64,000 nt of DNA. Origin: Candidatus Latescibacterota bacterium. Its GTDB lineage: Bacteria; Latescibacterota; UBA2968. The stretch spans positions 128,001 through 192,000 of the forward strand of contig OZ242010.1 of the NCBI GenBank assembly GCA_965204745.1, written 5' to 3'. Of this stretch, positions 16,871-24,991 are shown one piece after another; the first letter of the stretch is position 1, and every line of letters starts with the position of its first letter. The notes beneath the pieces were generated by a model. It was not told the DNA's origin. It did no database searches and saw only the letters and a list, made by a program, of their open reading frames with translations. The translations under genes and the position numbers were made by a program.

Positions 16871-19765
16871 TCAAGACTGCCCGTAATCCTGAACGAAAAT
16901 CAAAAAATCGCCAAAACCAATCTGTCCATCACCATCCAAATCGTATCGCACATCGTAGTTTGCATGCCCGGCCGCGTACCCGTAATGCGATGCGAACAAG
17001 AGGAAATCCTGAAACCCCACGCTGCCATTGCCATCAAAATCGGTCCGCAACCCGGCCTGGCGCGCAAAGGTTAAGACCAGCGGCTCGGCAAACACCTCGA
17101 ATTGTCCCGCCCGCCGGATGCGCGCCTGTCGCAACCGGATTTGACCCGCATCGGAGGCGCGAAAGCGGATGGTGCCGAGCCGTGCGGAGGGCTGCGCGAT
17201 TTTTCCGCCGAATGACGCGGCCATCACTTCAACCGCCGAAGCATCGTTGGCCGGGTGATAAGGCCCTGGCGAGTGTCCATTGGGAATCCCCTCTCCAATG
17301 TCAAATCCCTCGTAAGCCAACGCGGGCGCGTCAAAATCGAACAAGGCGCGAAAGCCGATGGCGTCTTTGACCTGCTGCCCGTGAATTTGCACGGCGATCA
17401 CGCCATCGGCGGGCAGGACATGCACGCCGTTATTTTTTTCTCCCTCTGTTGCGAGCGACAGCGCGAACCGCGTGCTTTGCGGCCGGTACCCGGTTCCGGA
17501 AACGCGAATGCCGACCGAAGGCGTTTGCGGGTCATTGCTGGATAGGGTCGCGCTGCCTTGCAGGTCGCCCGGTCTGCTGGGTTCAAAACGCAGGGTAAAA
17601 AAGCCGTTTCGCTTGGCGGGAATCGTCAATTGTTTCGGGATGGCCCCCACTTGATCATCGCTGGTGATAATGTCGGTAATGGACAGGGCCGCGTCTCCAA
17701 AATTCGTGACCGTGACGATCATCGACTTTGACGTACCGATCTCAACGCGCCCAAAATCGCGTGGGGACGTATCGACCGAGAGTTGCGGTGCCGGAGCGAC
17801 GGGTTGTTGAACGCCTCGTGCGCGCAACCGCACGGTGGCCCGATCCGGCAAATTGCTCAAAATGGTCATTGCGCCGGATTTATCGCCCAGGCTTTGCGGC
17901 GAAAAAGTGACGAAAATTTGCCCGCTGCGCCCCGGTGGCACCGTGAGGGACGATTGCGAGAGGCCATAGTCTCGAGAGGGCAACAGGATGGTCGTTATGA
18001 CCAAGGACGCCTGACCGGGATTGACAATCCCCAGTTCGAGGGTTTGGGATTGCCCCAACAAGACCGCGCCAAAATCGAGTTCCGTGCGCGAAAGGTTCAT
18101 GATGGGCGTGCCGATCAAAAGTGGAGACAACTCCAATCGCCCGGCGCCATAGACATTATCGGGGCCAGGAGTGCCCATATCCACCACAGATCGCATCAGC
18201 GCGTCCTTCAACCTCCGCGCATTGTAATGCACGGGGTTGGAAGATTTTAGGAGGGCCGCGGCCCCAGCGACATGGGGCGTTGCCGCGGATGTGCCGTAAT
18301 AGCCCGAAGGGCCGTAGCTTCGCGTGAGAACCCCCGCAGGCGCGACCAAGTCGGGTTTGATTCGCCCATCAAACGTCGGGCCTTGAGAACTATACGATTC
18401 AATCGGCCCCGTCGCATAGTTGCGATGCCCCAACGCGCCCACAGTCAGCGCGCCACGCGCATCCCCCGGCGAAGTCAATGACCCCGCAATGGATATAGGC
18501 CCGTCGAGATCATGGGATGGGCTGATCAATTTGAAAAGGGTCACTTTGGCGTCCCTTGCCCGCCAAACCGCCAAGCCGTAAGTTCCCGGTTCCCGAATGG
18601 TATAAACGAGCCACTCTAAGGGCGGCGAGTAAGATTGTTTGGTATCTGCACGCTCGACAACATCAGCACTGCCATCCGTCGCGATTTTTACGAGCAACAG
18701 ATCGTAGTCGTGAGACGTGCGCGGCCATTCATTCCAGGTCAAGACTGCTTTTACTTCGTCTCCTACTTGCACATTTTTGAGGTTGACGATTTCATCGCCT
18801 CCATCAAAGTTGTGATACCCGTTGGCATCCGGGTCGCTTAACTGTGCCGAGATTTTTCTTTGCGCCTCATTCCCCGCTGCGTTCACCCACAAAACATTGT
18901 TCTGAAACGCATCATCGGCAATTTCACACGCAATACCCGTTCCATCGCCAAACCCTCTCGCAAAATCCCATCCCAACGATACGGTGACAATATCGAGCCC
19001 CTCCTGAATTGCCGCGTCCTTGGCGTTTTCCAAACTGACCATATCATCCACCTTGTACAGATGAATTTCGGCATCCGGGGCAATGTCGTGAACGATTTCA
19101 GCGCAGGCCGATCCATGCACCATGGCATCTTCGGAAAGACTGCCGCGTTCAAAAATCCCTTCGCCCGTAAAATCCCGAGAAAACACCGCGGGCAATTCTC
19201 CTCGGTTTTGCAAGGATGGCACGTTGACAAAACCGATGTCAATGACCCCGACTTTTATGCCGCGCCCGGTAAAACCACTGCGCGAATAAACCGGTGCTTT
19301 GATGCGCTCTACACCCTCGCTGACGAGGAGTGGGCGCGGCTTGATGGGCAGTCGCACAAACTGCACACCCGCCACATGGGTCAACTTTTCGAGTGCGGAT
19401 ATGGGCGCGGACACTTTGACCAAATGCCGAGATTGGGCGACAATGCTGACGCCCAAATTGGATAACGCGCCAAAATCAATCCTTTCTGAAAGTTGCCCAT
19501 CTCGCGGCTCCAATACGACTGTGATATTTTCGCCATCGCTATCTGCCGCGCCGTATTGTTTTGCCGTCGCCTTGGCCAGTGCGCGTTTTTGTGCCACCCA
19601 GTTCTTTTGAATCCGCGCCAGCACCCCTTCCAACTTCGGGGGATGATCGACCTTTTCGTACTCAAGTTGAGTCGCCTGCACGGAAGCGGTTAAACTCAGC
19701 GCAACAGCGTGCAAAAACAGGACGAGCACAGAGAGAACCCCGCGCCGAGAGGAACGAACCATCAC
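16871..19765 (-). CDS. Secreted S8 (subtilisin) serine protease with ASH/Ig-like, cohesin-like and dockerin/EF-hand domains
   Basis: Signal peptide. Catalytic triad GVIDIG / HGSAC / GTSAATPHVAG and oxyanion AAGN. Two LDFG/RDFG..V..G Ig repeats. Tail DFDGNGSVGFQDF...DLDGDGQIGFGDF. Confidence 0.88.
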   Translation of the reverse strand: MMVRSSRRGVLSVLVLFLHAVALSLTASVQATQLEYEKVDHPPKLEGVLARIQKNWVAQKRALAKATAKQYGAADSDGENITVVLEPRDGQLSERIDFGALSNLGVSIVAQSRHLVKVSAPISALEKLTHVAGVQFVRLPIKPRPLLVSEGVERIKAPVYSRSGFTGRGIKVGVIDIGFVNVPSLQNRGELPAVFSRDFTGEGIFERGSLSEDAMVHGSACAEIVHDIAPDAEIHLYKVDDMVSLENAKDAAIQEGLDIVTVSLGWDFARGFGDGTGIACEIADDAFQNNVLWVNAAGNEAQRKISAQLSDPDANGYHNFDGGDEIVNLKNVQVGDEVKAVLTWNEWPRTSHDYDLLLVKIATDGSADVVERADTKQSYSPPLEWLVYTIREPGTYGLAVWRARDAKVTLFKLISPSHDLDGPISIAGSLTSPGDARGALTVGALGHRNYATGPIESYSSQGPTFDGRIKPDLVAPAGVLTRSYGPSGYYGTSAATPHVAGAAALLKSSNPVHYNARRLKDALMRSVVDMGTPGPDNVYGAGRLELSPLLIGTPIMNLSRTELDFGAVLLGQSQTLELGIVNPGQASLVITTILLPSRDYGLSQSSLTVPPGRSGQIFVTFSPQSLGDKSGAMTILSNLPDRATVRLRARGVQQPVAPAPQLSVDTSPRDFGRVEIGTSKSMIVTVTNFGDAALSITDIITSDDQVGAIPKQLTIPAKRNGFFTLRFEPSRPGDLQGSATLSSNDPQTPSVGIRVSGTGYRPQSTRFALSLATEGEKNNGVHVLPADGVIAVQIHGQQVKDAIGFRALFDFDAPALAYEGFDIGEGIPNGHSPGPYHPANDASAVEVMAASFGGKIAQPSARLGTIRFRASDAGQIRLRQARIRRAGQFEVFAEPLVLTFARQAGLRTDFDGNGSVGFQDFLLFASHYGYAAGHANYDVRYDLDGDGQIGFGDFLIFVQDYGQS

Positions 19766-20896
19766 TCACTGTCCTTTGCCAAAATTTTCCGAAAAAATGA
19801 GGAAATCATCGCCATCCACATCGCCATCATCGTCCAAATCACCCCTTAAGGAGGTGGTCGAACCGGCGTTGGATTGGGCAGAGTTGCTCGACCAAGTCGT
19901 GATACCCTGCGGGGACAGCGTGCGGACAATGCCATTGCCATCTAACGTGGCTGTCATGTCGGCAAGCAACCTTTCCCGGTTGTCCTGGATGCCGATATAG
20001 CCATTTTCGTTCGCGCCAACGATCCAAGCACCGAGGGTGCCATAGCGATTGCTCACTCTGATCAATCCATTATCGTTTGTATTTGATCCTGCTGTAATGA
20101 GTTCTGTGCCCGTTTCGGACTTGAGTCTCAATACACCTCGCCCCTCGCCACTCCATCCCAAATAAGCAATTTGCTGGTCGTTGTTATTGTATAGATCCAC
20201 ATTGCCTGCGGTCTCATCTGCATACATGGACGCCAACCTTTTTCCCGATGCGTTCCTCAGACTCAACAGTCCATTGCCCCGAGTACTTGCCCCAAGATAC
20301 GCCAAATTTTCACTTTCATTGTTGATGTGTATCGCGGGGGTTTCATCCGCGCCCAGACTAATCAAATGCACGCCATTTTTGTTTTTTACGTTGATCAATC
20401 CATCGCCTGACTCAACATCTGATCCCAAAGCAATGAGATTATTTTCTTCTGTTGTATTGATCAACACATGTCCATTGCCATTTGAAGCACTCGATCCAAT
20501 ATAAACCAGTTGCCTGCCTTCCGCAGAATTGACAAAAATAAGGCCCCCGCCCACGGTACTAGGCCACAATTCAACGACTGCTTGCCCGGTGCTGTTCACA
20601 ATCTGCAATCCGCTCGTGCGAATCGGCCCCTGCGTTTGCGCCGTTGCTTTTCCCGATCTCTGTGCGGCTGGATGCCTTGTAGCGGGCCTGTCTTCGGTTG
20701 GCGCGTTGGGGATTTCAAAATCGGCTTTGGGCTTTGGAATAGGCGCGAGGAATGAGCCGATCCGCAATGGCGAAATGCCCTCTGTTGAGGCAACCGAGAT
20801 CATTGCCAGCAACAGAAAACACAACAAGATGTTGAAATTGCGGTAGCGCGCAACGCGCGTTTCCAATTTGCCCAAACGCTCTTCAACTGAATTCAT
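19766..20896 (-). CDS. Membrane-anchored or secreted beta-repeat protein with C-terminal EF-hand/dockerin-like motif
   Basis: AGGAGA RBS. MNSVEERLGKLE followed by a hydrophobic segment, ~24-aa G-x-I-x-V-x-N repeats, tail GDLDDDGDVDGDDFLIFSENFG. Stop abuts the S8 start. Confidence 0.7.
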   Translation of the reverse strand: MNSVEERLGKLETRVARYRNFNILLCFLLLAMISVASTEGISPLRIGSFLAPIPKPKADFEIPNAPTEDRPATRHPAAQRSGKATAQTQGPIRTSGLQIVNSTGQAVVELWPSTVGGGLIFVNSAEGRQLVYIGSSASNGNGHVLINTTEENNLIALGSDVESGDGLINVKNKNGVHLISLGADETPAIHINNESENLAYLGASTRGNGLLSLRNASGKRLASMYADETAGNVDLYNNNDQQIAYLGWSGEGRGVLRLKSETGTELITAGSNTNDNGLIRVSNRYGTLGAWIVGANENGYIGIQDNRERLLADMTATLDGNGIVRTLSPQGITTWSSNSAQSNAGSTTSLRGDLDDDGDVDGDDFLIFSENFGKGQ

Positions 20897-20941
20897 AATG
20901 CTTTCTCCTGTGTTGAGGTGGTGAACATCGAACAAACGCAT

Positions 20942-20975
20942 AGCGGGTCGGTACTCGGGCGAGTACCGACCCGCT
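20942..20975. other. Perfect GC-rich inverted repeat (hairpin)
   Basis: AGCGGGTCGGTACTC-GGGC-GAGTACCGACCCGCT between two minus-strand genes, without a strong U-tract. Confidence 0.6.
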
Positions 20976-21007
20976 CTCATTGGGATTCCATACAGATCGG
21001 CTCTGGA

Positions 21008-21511
21008 TTATTTGAAATACAAACCCGCAAGCCCCAACAACATCACGATAAAAATGCCGACAAGCCATTGCCGCGTCGCTCGCAATTCCCGGAACTGATT
21101 GTCCATATCCCGTTTCAAGTCATCAAATCGCTTATCGACATCTCGTTTCAAGTCGTTAAACCGGTTGTTCATATCATCGAACCGGTTGTTCATGCTCTCT
21201 TTCAAATCCTCGAACCGCTTATCGACACTTTCAAACCTGCTGTTCATCTCCTGTTTCAGGTCACCGAACCGCTTGTCCATGTCGCGTTTCAGGTCATCGA
21301 ACCGGTTGTCCATGTCGCGTTTCAAGTCATCGAACCGGTTGTTCATATCCTCAAACCGGTTGTTTGAACTCTCTTTCAAATCCTCAAACCGCTTGTCCAT
21401 TTGGTCGAGAAAACCGCCCAAATAGCCCTGCTGTTTCTGCGTTTCGCTTTGAAAAAACTTTGCCCAATTTTCAAACCCATTTGACGATTTCCGTTCTTTT
21501 GGGGTGCTCAT
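21008..21511 (-). CDS. Coiled-coil protein with 11-aa RF(D/E)DLK repeats and a C-terminal TM helix (Bdr/DUF1640-like)
   Basis: AAGGAG RBS, repeats such as MDKRFEDLKES and MDNRFDDLKRD, tail WLVGIFIVMLLGLAGLYFK. Confidence 0.75.
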   Translation of the reverse strand: MSTPKERKSSNGFENWAKFFQSETQKQQGYLGGFLDQMDKRFEDLKESSNNRFEDMNNRFDDLKRDMDNRFDDLKRDMDKRFGDLKQEMNSRFESVDKRFEDLKESMNNRFDDMNNRFNDLKRDVDKRFDDLKRDMDNQFRELRATRQWLVGIFIVMLLGLAGLYFK

Positions 21512-21765
21512 GGTCATCTCCTTTCGCAAAGCCAACACAACTGTCCATAACATAATAGCCAATTTTGGTTTTTTTTCAAGGAGAAATATCGTGCTATCGG
21601 CAATCAGTACAGATAGAGCGAAAAAAGGCACTGGATTCCGACCCCTGCTTTATGCTTTTGTCAGAATGACGGTGGGCGAGTGTTTTACGTACTGAATAAC
21701 ACCATTGCCTCACGTCTTGTATCTTTGGGCGAGCACGGGGGCGTTGCCCCGTTCCGTCTATTCGC

Positions 21766-21794
21766 TTGACTTCAATGCGGTCAAACAATAGGTT
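21766..21794 (+). promoter_or_regulatory. Putative sigma-70 promoter for the ABC exporter
   Basis: TTGACT-17 nt-TAGGTT upstream of ATG 21809. Confidence 0.3.
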
Positions 21795-21808
21795 TGAACC
21801 GCAAAATA

Positions 21809-23587
21809 ATGCCCCTCAAATCCCATCGCGTTATGACCTTTATCAAACAAATCTACGACCTGCTCGAGGGCCGCCGCCTTTTTATGGCCTGTTCGATTGC
21901 CTGCGGATTGATCTTTGCAGCGGCCAATTTGATTCCGCCATTGCTCATCCGCAAACTCATCCAGTGGCTCACCGAGGCGCAACCCGTTGGGGACCTCGTG
22001 TGGATCAGCATCCTGCTCTTTGGGGTTTATGTGTTGCGCGGCGTCTCGCGGTATGGGTATGGCTTTTTTTCCCACGTCACGGCGTACCGCGTGATGCACG
22101 CCTTGATGACGCGGGTGTACGCGCATCTGCAAAATTTGTCCCACAGCTTTTTTAATCGGCAACGCACCGGCAATTTGATGGCGCGGTCTATCAATGACAT
22201 CGAAGCCATTGAGGATTTTATCGCGCACGGCATCCCGGAAACCGCACTCGCTACGGTCATTCCCATCTCCATGATCACCGTGCTCTTTTACCTCAATCCG
22301 GAACTCGCGCTCATCGCCATTTTGCCCATACCGCTCGCGGCGTTTCTCGTGTACCGCTACGTGTCCAAAGTGCGTGCGATGTGGCAGGCGGTGCGCGAGC
22401 GGCTTTCCGAACTCGCGGCATTGGTGCAAGACAATTTGTCGGGCATTGCGGTGATCAAATCCTTTGCCCGAGAGCGCGAATGCGCGCGGCATGTGGCCGA
22501 CCGCAGCGCGAAATTTCACGACCGCTTGATCGAGGCCAACACGATCTCGCTCTTGCCGGCCGGAATTATCGAAGCCACAGGTGGATTGGGCATTGTGTGC
22601 GTGATATGGAGCGGGGGCAACATGGCCCTCGACGACCGCATTTCGGTGGCGGATTTGTTCGTGTTCATCGTTTATATGGCGCATATCTACCAGCCGTTTT
22701 TGCAGTTGGCGTCTTTTAATGACGTGCTTCAAAAAGCCGCTGTGAGCACCAACCGGGTTTTTCAACTGCTCGCTGTGCGCCCGGAAATTACGGACGCGCC
22801 GCACGTTGTCGCGCCCAAGGCTATCGCTTGGGATGTTCACCTCGACGGACTCACCTTTGGCTACGACCCCGCAGTACCCGTGTTGCACGACATCGACATT
22901 TACATCGGCGAAGGGGAAATCCTCGCGTTGGTCGGCCCCACGGGCGCGGGCAAATCCACGGTTGCCAATCTCTTGCCCCGGTTTTACGACCCACAGCGCG
23001 GCGCGGTTCGCATCGGCGGGCATGACCTGCGCGACATGCCCATCGCGTTTGTGCGCGAAAACATCGCTTCGGTCTTGCAAGACGTGTTTCTGTTTCACGG
23101 CACGGTCTATGAAAATCTGATCTTTGGCCGCCCGGATGCGTCCGAGCGTGCGGTGCGAGAAGCCGCCAATGCCGCCAATGCCCATGCGTTTATCCGCGAC
23201 TTGCCTCGTGGCTACGACACGGTGATCGGGGAACGCGGCGTACGCCTGTCTGGCGGTCAAAAACAGCGGCTCTCCATTGCCCGCGCCCTCCTCAAGGACG
23301 CGCCCATCCTCATCTTGGACGAAGCCACATCCTCTGTCGATGTCGAAACCGAGGCCCTGATTCAAGAAGCCCTTTCCCGGCTCACGCAAAACCGCACCAC
23401 CCTCGTCATTGCCCATCGTCTTTCCACCGTGCGCCGCGCCCACGCCATTGTGGTGCTCGACGAAGGCCGCATAGTCGAAACCGGGAACCACGATACCCTC
23501 ATCGCCCGCGAGGGACTCTACGCGCGCATGGTTCGGGCACAAGACCTCACGCGAGACGGGGATTTCCTTCCGCATGTTGCGGATTGA
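21809..23587 (+). CDS. ABC exporter, fused permease + ATPase (MsbA/Sav1866-like)
   Basis: N-terminal TM domain, GPTGAGKST, LSGGQKQR, LILDEATS, IAHRLST. Start could be 21809 or 21833. Confidence 0.93.
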   Translation: MPLKSHRVMTFIKQIYDLLEGRRLFMACSIACGLIFAAANLIPPLLIRKLIQWLTEAQPVGDLVWISILLFGVYVLRGVSRYGYGFFSHVTAYRVMHALMTRVYAHLQNLSHSFFNRQRTGNLMARSINDIEAIEDFIAHGIPETALATVIPISMITVLFYLNPELALIAILPIPLAAFLVYRYVSKVRAMWQAVRERLSELAALVQDNLSGIAVIKSFARERECARHVADRSAKFHDRLIEANTISLLPAGIIEATGGLGIVCVIWSGGNMALDDRISVADLFVFIVYMAHIYQPFLQLASFNDVLQKAAVSTNRVFQLLAVRPEITDAPHVVAPKAIAWDVHLDGLTFGYDPAVPVLHDIDIYIGEGEILALVGPTGAGKSTVANLLPRFYDPQRGAVRIGGHDLRDMPIAFVRENIASVLQDVFLFHGTVYENLIFGRPDASERAVREAANAANAHAFIRDLPRGYDTVIGERGVRLSGGQKQRLSIARALLKDAPILILDEATSSVDVETEALIQEALSRLTQNRTTLVIAHRLSTVRRAHAIVVLDEGRIVETGNHDTLIAREGLYARMVRAQDLTRDGDFLPHVAD

Positions 23588-23637
23588 GGGGTCAGTCCCC
23601 GCACCGTGCCTAAGCGAGACGTGAGATGAGATTTTAG

Positions 23638-23751
23638 CCACGAGCGGGGTACAACTGGCGATAACCCGTTCAAAAACGAGCAGTGTGTAGGTCTTCTCCC
23701 GTCTTGCCTCTCACCTCTCACCTTTTTAGGCGATGCCTCCGTGCCTCGCCC
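23638..23751 (+). repeat. ~115-bp composite repeat with an inverted copy at 29656-29769
   Basis: ccacgagcggggtacaactggcg...gtgtaggtcttctcccgtcttgcctctcacctctcacctttt..ggcgatgcctccgtgc.tcgccc matches the reverse complement at 29656-29769. Confidence 0.8.
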
Positions 23752-23775
23752 AAAGATACAAGAGGATTTGGGGCC

Positions 23776-24005
23776 GGTGGGCCTCTCCCTCTCCCCTCTG
23801 CCCTCTTGCGTCTCACTTGCGGGCGGCGGACGGGCGGGTGGGCCTCTCCCCTCTGCCCTCTTACGTCTCACTTGCAGGAGGTGGACGGGCGGGTGGGTGG
23901 GCCTCTCCCTCTCCCCTCTGCCCTCTTACGTCTCACTTTCGGGAGGCGGACAGGCGGGGCGGACTGACAACTGACAACTGACAACTGACAACTGACAACT
24001 GACAA
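23776..24005. repeat. Three ~60-bp tandem units followed by (CTGACAA)x6
   Basis: ggtgggcctctccc...ccctcttRcgtctcactt units at about 23776, 23837 and 23896; heptamer run at about 23964-24005. Confidence 0.85.
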
Positions 24006-24991
24006 TGCGAATTAAGAGTTGAATCCATCGCGTACTTGTCTTTTTTTGAGGGCTCAATCATTTCACCCTTAAAGGAAGGAGCACGCGATGGATTGGCAAG
24101 ATAAACTCATTCACTTGTATGTCTATATTTGTCAGCAGTATGACCAAAAGCATCTGTGGTTTTATACGGAACGCATGAGTAATAACGACACGCCGACCTT
24201 CACAGATGAAGAAGTGCTGACGATCTATTTGTTTGGGATCATGCAACAACACACGCAGATCAAGGCGATTTATACCTATACCAAGGATCATTTGTTCGAC
24301 TGGTTTCCCAATCTGCCCACTTATGCAGGCTATATCCAGCGGTTGAACCGCTTGTGTGTGGTCTTCGCCCCATTGATTGAACAAATCCAAAAGGATAGTC
24401 CCGCAACCGATGTCTCTGAACACACCTACTTGGTGGATTCCATGCCGATTGTCATGGCACAATCGGCACGTAGCGGAAAGGCATGTGTGGCTGAAGAACA
24501 ACGGGCCAACAAAGGCCGCTGCGCTTCCAAAAAGATGTGGTATTACGGCACCAAACTGCACATGGTCGCACAAGACCGCGAGAATGGCCTCCCGAAAGCA
24601 GAGTACTTCGGCTTGACAGGCGCAGCAGAGCATGACCTGACTGCTTTGCGACACGTCTTACCCGTTTTGCGTGATGGACACCTCTACGGCGATAAACTCT
24701 ACGCCGATCAGCCCTTAAAAGACACGCTTAGCAAACAGCAGAACCTGATCTTCGAGACGCCGGTGAAGCGAAAAAAGGGGCAAGAAAGCCTGACCGAGGC
24801 CGAAAAAGACTTTTCTCGGGCGGTTTCGAGCATGCGACAGCCTATAGAGGCCTTGTTCAGTTGGATTGAACGAAAGACGAACATCTCGATGGCGTCTCGG
24901 GTACGATCCTATGAGGGCTTACTCGTTCATGTCTTTGGGCGATTGACCGCGGCTTGCTTCTTACTCGCTTTCTACTCTTAATTCGCATTGT
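24002..24991 (+). mobile_element. IS982-family insertion sequence
   Basis: 18-bp inverted repeats ACAATGCGAATTAAGAGT (24002-24019) and ACTCTTAATTCGCATTGT (24974-24991), ~990 bp, one transposase ORF. No target duplication visible. Confidence 0.88.
24088..24981 (+). CDS. IS982-family DDE transposase
   Basis: FTDEEVLTIYLFG, LVDSMPI, KKMWYYGTKLH, YGDKLY, RQPIEALFSW. AAGGAG RBS. Stop lies inside the right IR. Confidence 0.88.
   Translation: MDWQDKLIHLYVYICQQYDQKHLWFYTERMSNNDTPTFTDEEVLTIYLFGIMQQHTQIKAIYTYTKDHLFDWFPNLPTYAGYIQRLNRLCVVFAPLIEQIQKDSPATDVSEHTYLVDSMPIVMAQSARSGKACVAEEQRANKGRCASKKMWYYGTKLHMVAQDRENGLPKAEYFGLTGAAEHDLTALRHVLPVLRDGHLYGDKLYADQPLKDTLSKQQNLIFETPVKRKKGQESLTEAEKDFSRAVSSMRQPIEALFSWIERKTNISMASRVRSYEGLLVHVFGRLTAACFLLAFYS

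Noticed and set aside
21758-23641. 627-aa minus-strand ORF
   Set aside because: Antisense shadow of the ABC exporter.
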